Source: Marsupella aquatica (taxonomy: Eukaryota > Plantae > Marchantiophyta). From it: DNA of 64,000 bases. Both the position numbers and the translations under genes were made by a program. The stretch lies in NCBI GenBank assembly GCA_973895155.1, contig OZ316897.1, forward strand, positions 13,515,375 to 13,579,374, given 5' to 3'. Shown here one piece after another: positions 1-13,237 of the stretch (the stretch's first letter is position 1; each line of letters opens with the position of its first letter). The notes under the pieces are model-generated. The model was not told the origin of the DNA. It saw nothing but the letters and a program-made list of their open reading frames with translations, and searched no databases.

Positions 1-1170
1 TACTTAAAAAATCTGAAGGGGTTTGTGAGGAATAGGGCACATCCAGAGGCATCAATGGCTGAAGGCTACATTCTAGAGGAGGCATTAGGATTTGTTACTG
101 AGTATATGGTTGATTGCCAAGCTACTCAAAGACGTATTTGGGATTCTGAAGAGGAGGAGGGTGTGAAAGGTGTGATGCTTGAAGGGGCCTCATCTAAAGT
201 GTTGTTAAGTGTTGAGGATCGAGATGCTGCTCATAAATATTACTTACAAAATAATGTGTTGGTAGCACCCTGGTTGAGGTAAGTACTGAAATATTTAAAT
301 TGTAGAGAGAGTTTTTTCTTTCATTAGGAACAACGTACTTGCAACTTGTCAGTTTTAGGTGATGTTCCTGTGATTTGGTTGTGCAGTTGAAATACTAGCT
401 TGTTGACCCTTTCACTTGGCTTTTTCAGGTTGTATGAGGCTGAAGAGGAGGAACTAAGGAGAGCAAGAGAAGCATTTGTAGTACGCTATAATGAGACACG
501 ACTTCCACGTAGTAGCAGAACAGTGTCCCTTCCACCCGAACTTGCCTCAATTCCATTTGGAACCTGGTTTAGGGATCAGATTCACTGAGCTAACTTAGAG
601 GAAAACGACGCTAGAATACTATTGACTGCAATCTCATTTCCTCCAAACCAAAGGGCTCTCACTTATAATTCAATGAAGGCTTACGGTAACCATTATAGGG
701 TAATGCGCTGTAAGGATAGAGATGGTCAATGGCGTGAACTGTCCCAACTTAGGAGCACTGACTCGTAGGGCTATGCTATATTTGACTCTGGTGTTGCTAC
801 AACATTTCATGAGGAAAGGACAGGCCAAATAGGGGTGAATCTGGCTAAGCTAACTTATGTGGGGGTTTTGACTCAAATACTTGTGCTAGACTATGGCCCT
901 TTACTTCGTTATGACCCTGCCATTATCCTAAGGGCAAAATGGGTGCGGTCTAATTGGGGACCAGAGAATAGAAATCCATCTATGAAACATGATGAGACGG
1001 GTCTTTGGCTAGCCAATTTTAATATGCCTTATCCTTCAGCAGAGAAACTAGACTATGTTCTACCAAATCAAATTGAACAGGTTTTCTTCTATCCAAATGA
1101 GGCCAAGGTCTCTTGGAGACATGTGCTTCATAAGGAAGGAAGGTCTCGTAGAGTAGTGAGGGTATAGAAG
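1..1170 (+). pseudogene. CACTA TnpD-type transposase, C-terminal part (DUF4218/DUF4216-like), disrupted
   Basis: YLKNLKGFVRNRAHPEASMAEGYILEEALGFVTEY matches the YVRNRARPEGSIAEGY motif. YVGVLTQILVLDY...AKWV...DETGLWLANF...YVLPNQIEQVFFY matches the DUF4216-type region. GT-AG intron at ~280-428; in-frame stops near 586, 710 and 766. Confidence 0.85.
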
Positions 1171-1654
1171 ATCTGGAATACAATGATCTTAGACCTCGTC
1201 ATGAGGCAGTCGAAGCTGGGCTTGTTGCTGCGGCTAACGTGGCTGTGCCTTTAGAGGATGGAGAGACCCTAGTTATTGTGCCAGGGGCGGTGCCCATGAC
1301 AGATGATTCAAATGAGGATACTATAGATGATGATACTTGGGAAGATTCTGAGGATTCTGAGGAAGAGTGACAAGTGAACTGTTTGTTCCAGTGTTTTGAT
1401 GCAATCGTCATCAGAATCTGAAGGTGATGCAGAAGTAGGACTTCCAAGTGGGAATGCGTATGAGGCTTGGAGAGAGGCTAACATACCAGCCAACAACGTT
1501 TACATTAAAGAGAATCTTAGAGATTCAATCATAGCAATTAACAGGTACTAATAAGTCCACTTGAGCTTTTCTTTGAGTATTACTTTGTTGTTTACTTCTA
1601 TGGATCAATCTACACCCCAATGTATACTAATGGTTATTTTATCTTCTTATTACC

Positions 1655-4600
1655 AGTTGTGTGTACACAAGGAACCTCACTTGGGGGAGAGAAAAAGAGA
1701 CGTAAGAGTTCCACCAAGACATCACAAAGTGCAAGTTTATTGCCCCAAAGAAGGAGCTCAAGAAACATTGGGAGACATTTTCCAGATATGGCAGACAATG
1801 AGTCAGGAGGGAGTCAATCGCAAAAATCATCTGCTACAGACTATGAAAATGAAGACAAGCACTATTCTAACTCCCGTTCTAACTCAGAGGATGAGCAACT
1901 GGATGAGGTAAAGGCTAAATTTATTGTATCCCTTGGCCTACCTTATAAAGGCCCTTGTTGTTATTGTTCAGAGTCATATGAGGGATAAAATTCTTCACAC
2001 AAAGAGACAGTCTACCCAATTAAATGATGGATTATATGATTGATAAGTTCACTTTGTTTTTCTTGTGATGTGTACATACTGTGCTATTGACTGTGCTATC
2101 ATGTACAACTTTAACAGCAGCCGAGTGGACACACAAGGCCAAAATATTATACTGATCCTATCACTGGTGAAATCTCTTTGTGTAAGTCAACTCTGAGCCA
2201 TTTTGCTCTCTAATTTGCTGTACTCAACTATTTATTGAAGTGCTCAACTATCTTTGGCAATTAATTATCCATAGCCCTCTGATCACTAAATGTTATATGT
2301 AAGTGTGGTCACTTATTGCCATATGTGATTAACACGTGATTTTTAACTAGGTTGTTTATTGTTGTAGTGACACCAATACCAAGGGCAACTGCAGCTAAGA
2401 TACCCATGAGCAGTAATGTACGATACTTGGGGTCAATGCAGCATCAGTCATCTAGACAGGCAAAAAAGCAATGGGACGAGATAACCGAGGAACGAGTCAA
2501 GATGGGTATGAAGAAAGCATCAATCTCTATATGTAATTTAATATTGTTCACTTAGATTGTTGATTTTCCTTGATTCTTCTCTTGCCCATTAGTGTCGTAA
2601 TTGATACTTCCCCTACCCTTGCTTTGTGTGCAGATTTGGAATAACGATGTCAAAGACAAAGATCAATATAGGAAGCAATGGGGAGATGACCTGCGTGCTG
2701 CTTGTATTGGTAGACTTGATCCTTCAGTGCGTGATATTAGGCAAGTAGATAAGAATGTGTTGTCACATGTCTATGATGTGATGACAAAGGATTGGCAATA
2801 TGTAGATGGAACTTTGTCAATGACAAAATTCAGATCTCACTGTTCAAAGGTAATGAAGGGACAACGCGCGAGACTTCACAAGCATTTTGTGTCAAATGGG
2901 AAGCGCATGGACAAGAAACCACCTGAAAACGTAAAGCCTGAGCACTGGAAAAACCTCTGTGAGTGGTGGCTATCCCCAGATGGCATTACCTGTACTGAGA
3001 AAATGACAAAAGCTCGCAGCAAAGTGGTAAATCCATCTCGGGTTGGAAGAGGTGGTTACCGTGGGAAAGAAGCTAAGTTAGTAAGTCAAACTTTTCTCTT
3101 GGCCTGTATGAGTTCATTTCGTCACCTTCTGTAATTACTTGGTCAATAATTTGAACAAAATTAATTCTCCTAATTGTTTGCATCCATTTGCCGCAGAGGA
3201 AGAGAGGTCATAGTCCGGACCTATCAGAGTTGCAAGTTCAGCCTGTGGATGCTAGAAAACAGCGGACTGGTCAATCAGTCAGTCCATCAATGGCAAGTAC
3301 TGATTGGGCCATACCTACGCATCGACAAGGGAGGAAGTCCATTGTGAGCATCTGAGTCATACTTTTTATTTGGGTTTACTTTTGACTTAGATTCACAACA
3401 CTCAATTCTAATTAATATTTGCTCTCTATTTCTTGCTTATAGACACCCTTATCAAAGACGGGGTCAGAGGATGTGCTTGAAACTCAAAGCCTTCTTTATG
3501 AGAAATTAGCATTGTCCATCAATTGTTCGATGATGGCTGGGTTTGAGAAAATGACACAGTCATTGGTAAATACATTATCAAATGTCCAACAACCTCAGCT
3601 TCCTTCCTCTGCTATTTGGATGCATACAATGGACCATTAGGAGCAGGTCAGAGTTCTCGATCAGGTGCACTTCCCAATGACATTTCAGTTATAGCCCCAA
3701 AAAGTAGAGGAAATTCAGCAGCTATCCATGTTGTGTCAGGTCAAAGTGGTTCAGGGCCTAAGACTTCAGCACAGAAGAGCTTGGGGTTTGAGCATGACGC
3801 AGTGGACCATTCAAAAGAAGGTTCCCCTCATGCTCCTGAAGATTACAGGTCATCAGTGACAGGGAAGCTTGAGAAAGTAAATGCCACCAACACTATACAA
3901 GCAGTGAAAGATGCAATGCTTGGGAAGAATGTGGAACAAACCACAAAAGAAGATGAAAGCGGGATTTCTCCTCTTTCTGCTCCAAATAGAAGTAAGGTTA
4001 AAAAAACAAAAGGAAAGTTAAGATTCTTTAAGTTTAATTTTGCTGTAGAATGTTAAGTTCAGCCTTGTTTCCCATAGTCCTGGATGCAATGGCAGTGCAA
4101 TTATAGTCCATTCTTGTGTGGCTTTTAGCTCTCTACTTTATTACGAGTGATTAGAGTTTTGTTGGAAGTTGTTCTTCCATGCAACATAGTTCATCTAGAG
4201 ATATTAACTTTCATTTGTTTGATTCTGAAATTCAGGTTGCAACAGAGGCAGGGCCTCCTATTGCTGATGACAAAGTTCAGGATTCCTAACAAGATTATCC
4301 AACCCCTGGCCGTAGAGTATCTGATACTGCATTGAAGACAGTAACTTCACCAACAGTTCTCAAGGTGAGTTTTAGCTTATAATTTTAATTTCTCTTTTGC
4401 AATCATTATGTATTGTGCAATATGGTGGGAATGGTGAGAACATACAAATTGTTAACCTGTGCAGGATTTATTGGTAATTGAATATGCTAGCATTCTAACC
4501 TCACTGAATGATCACTAGTAGTCTTCAACTATCATCATTTGACACTACAGATTAATTATTATCCTTAATGATTTTCAATTTGCTTTTGTGACAGTTTAAG

Positions 4601-4855
4601 ATTGGGGATGTGGTTAAATTGAAATCTCCCGTGGATCAGCGGATTGTTGCACTTGCAACAGTGATGGGCATTTGGAAAGAAGATTTCTACTATGACAAGG
4701 AGATTCCAATTGGACATTTGATGGTGACTGCTAAGACAGTGCTTGAACCAGATACACCTCTGCTTGAGAAAGGGCACCCAGAGTCCAAGGTAGAATTCTT
4801 GAAGGATGTGGAGAACAAACCCTTTCTGTGGTACCAGAAGTTAATGAGGAAATAG
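1655..4855 (+). CDS. CACTA TnpA/Ptta-like multi-exon second gene (exon model approximate, possibly pseudogene)
   Basis: 2633-3080 encodes PPENVKPEHWKNLCEWWLSPDG...EKMTKARSKVVNPSRVGRGGYRGKEAKL, the Ptta/En-Spm signature. The last exon ~4594-4855 (VALATVMG...EIPIGHLMV...DTPL...LKDVENKPFLW) resembles the C-terminal Tnp1/En/Spm-like domain. Several GT/AG boundaries lie between. Confidence 0.7.
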
Positions 4856-5339
4856 TTACTATGACTGTGCCATTGGAAGCAGTAAGTAAACTGAAAATCT
4901 AGCCCTTCTTGTTACATTTTTGGAACAATTTGGATTGCTCATGGCAGTACATAGCTTTATAGGATTGAGGCAGTAGTGAGGGCAGTAGCTCTATAAAATT
5001 GAGGCAACTTTACTGCAGGTAGTATGATTTATGGATCCTCTTCATACAAGAAGATATCAAATGTACTTTTTGTCATGTTTCAAGTTTTTTAGAAGCATTC
5101 CACCAATTCTATGAAATGTCTGCTCTGTGAATTGTGCATGACTGTTGTATCAAGCTTCCATGGCACAACCTAGCAAGTGGATTGTTGGTAGAATCACTAC
5201 ACAATCAGTCAGGATACACCTTGCAGGACTGAGCACAAATCTCAAATGTGTTTACAAAGCCATGACACAAATGATTCTAATTATAGTCATACTCACAAGT
5301 CACTATAGGACCATTCAAAAGCAACTTGAAATAATAGCC

Positions 5340-5760
5340 ATACATACCATTCACAAAAGCACTCCTAAATCAGTCATCACATGCGCCTTACTCAGTTGTA
5401 AAAAGTTGTAAACAAGTGACTTCAATTACTGTCATATTGGTCGCTCACAAAAACACTCCAAAACCAGTCATTCACTACATTTATTTGAGTTATAGGAAGC
5501 TGAAAACATTGACTACAATTTGAGTCATACATATCATTCACAAAAGCACTCCAAACAAGTAATTATCCACATCTTTTTCAGTTGTAGAAAGGTATGCAGA
5601 AATAACTCCCAAGTAAGTTGTATATATCATTCACAAAAGCAGCCCGGAACCAGTCATTATTTGCACATTTTTGAGTTTTAAAAAGGTGGGCAAAAATTAC
5701 CCCCAAGAGAGTTATATGTGTCATTCACAAAAACACTCCACAATTAGTCGTCATCCACAT
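5340..5760. repeat. CACTA subterminal tandem repeat, ~93-94 bp unit, about 5 copies
   Basis: Motif TCACAAAA(G/A)CACTCC...CAGTCAT recurs at 5351, 5445, 5538, 5631 and 5725. Confidence 0.85.
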
Positions 5761-5932
5761 TTCTAAAGGACTCTTGAATTTCAGTTGTTGACTTATATCA
5801 CTATGTGTCTGAAACAACATTTGCACCAATGCAACTTGTCTTTGTGCACTCAAAAGTTCAGTCGTAAATTGTCTGAGTTGACTTGAAATATAGTTGTTTT
5901 TGAAGTCATAAAAAACCAGTTTCCTACTAGTG

Positions 5933-8672
5933 ATATAATTCCTCGCCTTGCTATCTCGCTCTTTCAGCTGGTACTCCCCTTAGTGCTCAGCCGAGATCTT
6001 AGGACCGCGTCACTCTAGGCGCGTCCTCACAGTTGAAACGCGGGGAGACACACTACAAGCGTCGTAACCCAAACTGGACGCTTTGAAGGCATCCCGACTT
6101 GCGCATTGGTTCATCTCGGATATCACCGGACGCTTCTGACGGTGCCCCCTGGCGAGTGGACGCTTCTCTCAACATCCCATCTTAGGTGCGGACGCTTCTA
6201 AAAGCGTCCCGCCTTTTGGAGTCTTACGGGCCGGATCGAGTCGGATGCTTCTGATGGTGTCCCATTGTGAATGCCTCCTTTTGGCAACGTCCACAAAAAT
6301 AGGGTGTCCGAACCAATCCGCCGTTCCTATCTACAAAAATCTCTTCTCTACGTGGCTCGCTAAGCCAGGACTTCAACTACTCACGCATCTATCTCCTTCT
6401 TAATCTTCTATGTAATTCATAGTGCATAATTCCTTCAGCTAACTCCTGGATGGAAATGACTAAAATCTCTCTTGTGTAATCCTACCATTCAGCCTCAATA
6501 TTACTAAATGTAAATTTTCATCTTCCCACCAAGTAATAGCTAACCAATGTACGCCATTTCTACCTCTCAAGCTCAAAACCCAAGAGTTAACATAATGATT
6601 CCTCAGATTCCTAATTCTTAATGTTCCTAAGGATCGGATAGGTGGCATCGTCTACACAAACCTGGTAACTCAGCAATTTACACCCATACATCACGCGCAA
6701 TGTTATGGTAAATTCGCTTGCCACTTATGGTGCCTTTGTGACCTCCATTGCTATTACTCCCTCCGAAGCGATCTGATGACTAACGGTTCCACCTAGCGGC
6801 ACCTTCTCTGATGGGAGAAGAGTGTCTTTCGCTAAGTTTGGTCCAACAAATGCCTCCAGAGTTCTCAAGAGAGTTTCCGGGGCATTTTGGATAGAATATG
6901 GTATCACCTCTAAGCGGAAGCTCTTCATCTCCTAACTTTGGTGATGACACTCTTCCACGATAGCAGAACGTGAATTTTCTTCATGTCTCAATCTCTCTGG
7001 GATTCACTACCTATACGTCAATTCAATCTTAAATTCGCTCCCCGACAGCGGCGCCAAAAAGATGTCGTATAGCAATAAGTATTAAAAGTGTAATTTCTCA
7101 CTTAAAACCGAGGTTCTGATCCCTTAAAGTACGTATTTTGGTATGAATTAAATAATTTTCATCATTTTGAGTGATGTAGAACTCACAACTCTACATTTTT
7201 CTTACTTCTCAACAAAATAATGTAAACAAAATATAAAAGTAACTTAACTTCAGATTTACAGACTAGAAAGGAAATGATTCCAATTTTGGAGACTCTAGTA
7301 AATTATTGTCACACCTTCAGAAAGGACTTGGTCTCAATATAAACATGCCTAAAATCTCTCAACTCATCAATCTTTCTTCTGAAGATACAAAATTGTACAG
7401 AGATGAAGTTCTCAATCTGATAAACAAAGCAGCTTTCTGGTTGCAAATGTAATGATATGCCTTAAAATACCGTCAACACGGTTTGACATCAGCGTTGCGC
7501 AATTTAGTCAAACTCTAAGTCATATTCCAGAAACAAGCAACAGTACTGAATGCTCTGAGAATCCAATTTCACTTCTCATTTATCAACAACTACTCTTGAA
7601 TTTGCTAGCAATTCTTGACTCTACAAGCAAGCCTAGCAGTGAATTCAATACGAGCCTCAGAAATCTGTAACTGAATTCAATTACCACAGGAATTTCTGAG
7701 ATTCAATCACAACTTCAAACAAATGCTGTTTTACTTCCTTACAACGCACTCTCAACATGCCTTGTTATAATGGAAGGAGGAGGAACTATTCAGAATATCC
7801 AATTTTGAATATAGTGTTGTCTCTGACTCTCTCTCTCTCTGGTTCAAATGAGCATCCTACTCTGTCTTAGAAGTGTTAAGGTCCTAAAATGAAGGAAATA
7901 TGAAAAGCTATGCCTGTTGAACTTGAACTAAGTATGAGGAAAGTATAGCATAAGTACTTAGAGGTCAGGAAAATACGGGGTATTTACAAACGACAGGAAA
8001 CAACAAACAGTAACAGGAAACAGAAACTGGTAACAGGAAAATGAGTGGTAATTTTTATTTTTATTTTTAAATTTATTTTTGGAAAAAACAAAGTTTTTTT
8101 TTCTTCAAATTTTTGAATTTTTTTGCCAGTGCCCGACGCTGGTAATGCTAGCGCCCAAAGCTAGCCAAAAAATGTTGCAATTTAATTTTTTTTGGAAAAT
8201 GTGACTTTTAGAAAATATTTTGACATGGTTATTTTTCCTGGTAATAGTAACTTTTTGCTGGTAACAGGAAAATTTTTGCTGGTACCAGTAAACCTGTTTC
8301 CTGTTTACTGTCACGCGTGCCATACCCGAAAAATACTACTATATTGGTAATCTATTTCAAAAGCTAAATCTAAGTATCGGAAAATGAGGGACGTTTCTAA
8401 AAGCGTCGGGTGTGGATGAACGCATCTGAGCGTCGAGTCAGAGTGGACGCTTCTAGAAAGCGTCGTGAGTTAAAGTACTCGGGAATAGTCGATGCTCTTG
8501 AAAGCATCGAGGGTAAATCACTGGGTAAGAGCGGACGCTTCTGTAAGCGTCGATCGAGAAATGGTCAATGAGGGCAGTCACTTCTATTTAGCGTCCAAAA
8601 TAGAACAAATGCTTGAAAAATGTCAAAAATAAACCATCTTCCAACACAAATGGTAGAGACCGCTATTCCACA
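5933..8672 (-). mobile_element. Athila-like Ty3/gypsy element: 5' LTR (7063-8672), PBS and start of internal region, interrupted by the CACTA
   Basis: PBS TGGCGCCGCTGTCGGGGA (minus, 7039-7056) is near-complementary to the plant tRNA-Asp 3' end. It is separated from the LTR end (...CGACA) by TCTTTT, the Athila arrangement. The LTR begins TGTGGAATAG at 8672, exactly where the copia A RT breaks off after ...YMSNPGK. Candidate TSD CCTTC at 8673-8677. Confidence 0.75.
7977..8327. mobile_element. Mutator-like MITE inserted in the Athila-like LTR
   Basis: Ends are GGGGTAT... and ...ATACCC, with imperfect long inverted repeats built on ACAGGAAACAG/CTGTTTCCTGT. Flanked by a near-identical 9-bp duplication GGAAAATAC (7968-7976) / GAAAAATAC (8328-8336). 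Confidence 0.6.
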
Positions 8673-11600
8673 CCTTCCCTGGATTCGACATATACCTGCT
8701 CACCTTGCCCATAGCCATGGCAAGATCAGGTCTAGTGCAAGCCATCAAATACATGAGACTTCCCATTGCCTTATCATAAGGAACCTTTGACATCAGCCCC
8801 TTCTCTGTTGCATATGTGGGACAAAAAGTTGATGACAATTTGAAGTGTGCAGCCAAATGGGTACTTACTGGCTTGCTATCCTCCATGTTGAACCTAGCAA
8901 TTACCTTCCTCGCATAACTGCTTTGTGTCAACCATAGCTTACCAGCCTCCAAGTCCCTAGTGATCTCCATACCCAAAATCCTCTTAGCTGGTCCTAGAGG
9001 TCCTTCATCTTAAACTCTGCACTTAGCAATGCCTTAAGCTTAACAATCTCAAACCTATCTTTGGCCGCAATAAGCATGTCATCCACATAAAGTACTAAAA
9101 CAATGAACCCAAAGACAACATTCTTCACCGGTTTCAAATATACATAGGGGTCAAACACACTCTTGTGAAAACCTTGTGACCGAATCCAATCGTCAAACTG
9201 CTTGTTCCACTGTCTTGGTGACTGCTTCAATCCATATAAGGATTTCAGCAATCTGCAAACCAATTCCTCTTGTCCTCTCTTCACAAGACCTAGCGGCTGT
9301 CTCATGAAGATCACCTCTTCCAAGGTGCCATAGAGGAAAGTTATGACAACATCCATCTGATCTAGCAGCAGACCAAACATTACAACAAGTACACACAATA
9401 GCCGTATTGTAGAGTACTTAGCAACTGGTGAGAAGACCTCATTGTAATCCACACCTTTCTCTTGTGTGAATCCTTTTGCTACCAACCTAGCCTTGTAGAC
9501 CTTCGATCCACCTCCCGTAGACTTATCCTTCAGCTTGTATATCCACTTGCTGTCCACCACTTGCTGACCCTTAGGCAGCTTAACAAGCTCCCAAGTTTTG
9601 TTGTCCTTCAATGATTGCATCTTTGTTTGGATTGTTGCAGTCCACTTCTCCTTCTCCTTTGAAGCACTTGCCTCATGAAATGAAGAAGGTTCCCATTCTT
9701 CTAAAATTAACGCATCACCCTCATCATCAGTTACAAAATTGTCCTCTTACAGTTGAGATGAATCAACCCACTATCCATACCTAAGAGGAGCACGTACAGT
9801 GCGACCAGATGTTCTTCTAGCTGATGACTCCGGTTGATTTGCGTCTACTGGTACAATTTGAAGCTCAGCAACATCCACTTGCTGCTCACCAGCATCAACA
9901 AGCTCCTCTTGTTCCTCCGGCACAAGAACCAGCTCCATGCTTGGAGCACCTTCTTCTATCCGATCATGCATTTCATGATCAATCTCCCCCTCAACGAGAT
10001 CCGGGATAGGAGATTTTCCTTTGTCAGTACGGGAGACCTGAGTATTCTCTCCCTTCTTCAATAATCTGGATTCATTGAAGGAAACATCCCTATTGAACAA
10101 CGAGCTTACAGGCAATAGGATCCCATAGCCTGTAGGCCTTCACACCACTTTGATACCCAAGAAAAATACATTTCTTGGAGGTAGGATCCAACTTGGTCCT
10201 ATTCTGCTTGGGTGTGAGAGCATATGCATCACTTCCAAAAAATACCAAGCCATGATAGTCTGCTTGCCACTTATAACACATTCCAAACAACATTTTGAAA
10301 TTGATTGCACTAGAAGGAGAAATATTTACCAAATAAGTTGTAGTATTGACAGTTGCTACCCAAAATTTCTGTGGTAAACCTGATTGGCTCAGCATACTCC
10401 GTGATCGCTCCAATAGTGTTTGATTGAGCCTCTCAGCGACACCATTTTGTTGCGGAGTATGAACTGTGGTGAGATGGAGAGTTATCCCCTGTTCTGCACC
10501 GTACTCTTCAAATTCTATTGAAGTATACTCTCCGCCGTTGTCTGACCTCAGACTCTTCATCCTAGTATCCAAACACTTAACCGTGTTTCTCGTTTGATTC
10601 TCCACTTGGGCCTTCCACTTTGTAAAAATGGACAAGACATCAGACTTATGCTTCATGAAATAAATCCATACAAATCTTGAGTAATCGTCAATAAATAATA
10701 CATAGTACAATTTTCCAGAATGTGAGGGAATCGAGGATGGTCCCCACCCATCACTATGTATGTACTCAAGAATCGCTTTGGAACGATGAGTTCCAACACC
10801 GAAAGCATGACGATGCTGATTTCCAAAAATGTAATGCTCACAAAAGTCCAATTTACAAGACTATAAATTAGAAATGAGCCCATTCTGCCAAACCCTTCTC
10901 ACTCATATGGCCTAGCTGTGAATGCCACAGTTGAGTCATTTCCTCGTGAGACTTGGTTACATTGGCCTCTCCACATACTGTATTGCCCTGCAGCACATAC
11001 AAATTCTTTTGTCTGCTCCCCTTCAAAATCACTGTCTCTCCTAACATGATTTGAAGTTCACCATCAATTACTCGCCATTGATGACCATTTGTATCCAACA
11101 CACCGAGTGAAATCAAATTCTTACGCATGCCAGATACAAACCTGACTCCAAACATTGTGAACACAATGCCATCAAACATTTAAATCTTTACAGACCCAAT
11201 ATCCTCAACTCGACAGGAGTGATCATTTCCCATCAAAATTAAACCGTTTGACACAAAATAAGAATTGAAATACTTGCAAATGTAACAAATGTGAAAGGAG
11301 CAAGCACAATCAAGAATCCACACATCATTTGCTCTTCTAGATGATGTGCACAGGGCATACTCCTGACTTCATAAAACATACTCATCATTGAGTAAATCAA
11401 CTTCTTCATCAGCACTAGCCACATTGGCTGATGAAGATTGGCTGCCTTACCCTTACAATCCCTCATAATGTGACCAACCCTTGTGACACTTCCAACAGAC
11501 TCCTGGCTTTGGTTTTCTCTTCAAGGACTTCCCCCTTGAAACAAATCTTGTCCTAGATTTACTTCGTCCCTTGCCATTCGTGCGCTGCTTGGGACGTTGC

Positions 11601-13237
11601 TGTGATCTCCCACGATTCACATTCAAGGCAGCACCAGATAACGATGTTGTCTGGGCTTGACCCAACTTCTTCTTCTGTGCATTATCTAACAGCAAAGAGC
11701 TTACCACCTCATCGTATGAAATAGATTTCAGGTCTCTATACAAGAGAACCTGCTTCAAACCCTGATAAGATGGGGGTAAGGAGCTGAGAAGAAGCAAGGC
11801 CTTGTCCTCTTCTTCAACGCCCTTACCAAGATTAGACAAATCAACAGCTAGGCTATCAAATTCATCCAAGTGATCCTAGAGCTTATTCCCTTCTTTGAAC
11901 CTAAGGCTCATCAAGAGAGACTTCTTGTACAATCGATCTGATGCATCCTCCCGTTAGTACTTCTTCCTTAGGGTTTTGAATAGAGATGCACAATCCGTGT
12001 AGTCATCCAACTTCTTGATGATATGTGACTTCAGATAAAACATCACCACATTCACTGCAATTACTTGTTCCTGCCTCCACCTCTTTAGTGGAATCTCCTC
12101 CTCATCATCGTACATCTCTCGTGTAGAGAGAAGATGATCTAGGCCCATAGCGCAAAGAACTCATTTCATTTGCTTCTCCCAAAGCAATTAGTCCGTACGC
12201 CCATCATACTTTTCCACCTCAAACTTGACACCTCCGAACCTGGATGCCATCTATTTTTCCTTCACAATCCCTTCTACTCTTGCACCGATGATTGTACCCG
12301 TGTCACGTGCACTTCCTCTTGCTCCTCTCTCTCCTCCTCAAACGGTCGTGGTGATCCTTGTGCTTCAAGATCCACTTCTTTGAAAATCTTCTCCAAATCA
12401 CTCATATGAGAATGCAAGAATAAATGATGTTTTTTCAACTTCTTCAAAAAACTCTAGACTTATCATCGTCCCGTAGCTCACAAGCCTAGCTCTCCAATGC
12501 TAAAAATAAGAATTGAAACCGCACTCCGACGTAAAAGTTATTCACTTTTCAGGGTGGGTAAAACTTGGAATTCTTCCCCGTTTTGACCACCTCGGGGAAT
12601 AACCAAAAAGTGAACTAGTACCCAACGTCAGAAATGCAATTCAATTTGTGCACCGCGTTGCCAACTTTGATGGCTAGCAACTTACCGAAGACAAACAAAA
12701 AAAGTTACCGTTCGGCGGATAGAATCTTTGACGGACGGCCAAAAACACGCTCTCTATTTTTTGGGAATATTCTTGCACATAGCAATAGGGCTCACAGGGA
12801 GCCGTTCCCTCTGTCCAAGCGGTTAAAGTGGAGGGCGACAGGTCCCGGGATGTGGCAGACAATGGAAAGGGAGGAAAAGAAAAAAAAGGCCTAAAGGGGG
12901 TTTAAAGCCCTTTATAAAAATGGGCGTATAGCCAAGGTGGGATACCGGGCGGCTGCAAACGCAGCCGCATACAGGCAGGAGGTACCGGCCGAGAAAGCAC
13001 GGCCACAAAGATGGTCGGGTGGGGAGTAAAAAATGCAAGGAGGAGGGGTCGGTCGGGCCACAGCCCGCGAGTGGCAAGCTTACCGACGGGCAGCAAAGGG
13101 TGTGCGAGGGGGGGAGGAACCATCGGCCGACGCTTCAAAGGAGGCCACGGCTGCGGCGTGCATAGGTAGCAAGAAGAGCGAGGTGGCGAAGGGCAAACGG
13201 GTCGATGGGGTCGGGGGTGAGAAAACGTGTGTGTATA
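8673..13237 (-). mobile_element. Ty1/copia element A (Tnt1/Tork-like): degenerate gag-pol 12250->8673 plus 5' leader; neither LTR is in view
   Basis: gag MASRFGGVKFEVEKYDG; zinc knuckle CWKCHKG; integrase HSDGWGP...LRSDNGGEY...TPQQNGVAERLN; RT KARLVAKGFTQ...LYGLKQSPRQW...LYVDDMLIA...TRPDLA. Many stops and frameshifts. Confidence 0.93.

Larger units (their letters stand above)
1..5932 (+). mobile_element. CACTA (En/Spm) DNA transposon, right part; left end lies outside the window
   Basis: Carries TnpD-like and TnpA-like coding remnants. Terminus ...CCAGTTTCCTACTAGTG at 5916-5932 is the reverse complement of CACTAGTAGGAAACTGG. Subterminal ~93-bp repeats are present. Candidate 3-bp TSD is ATA (5933-5935); the left copy is not visible. 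Confidence 0.9.
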
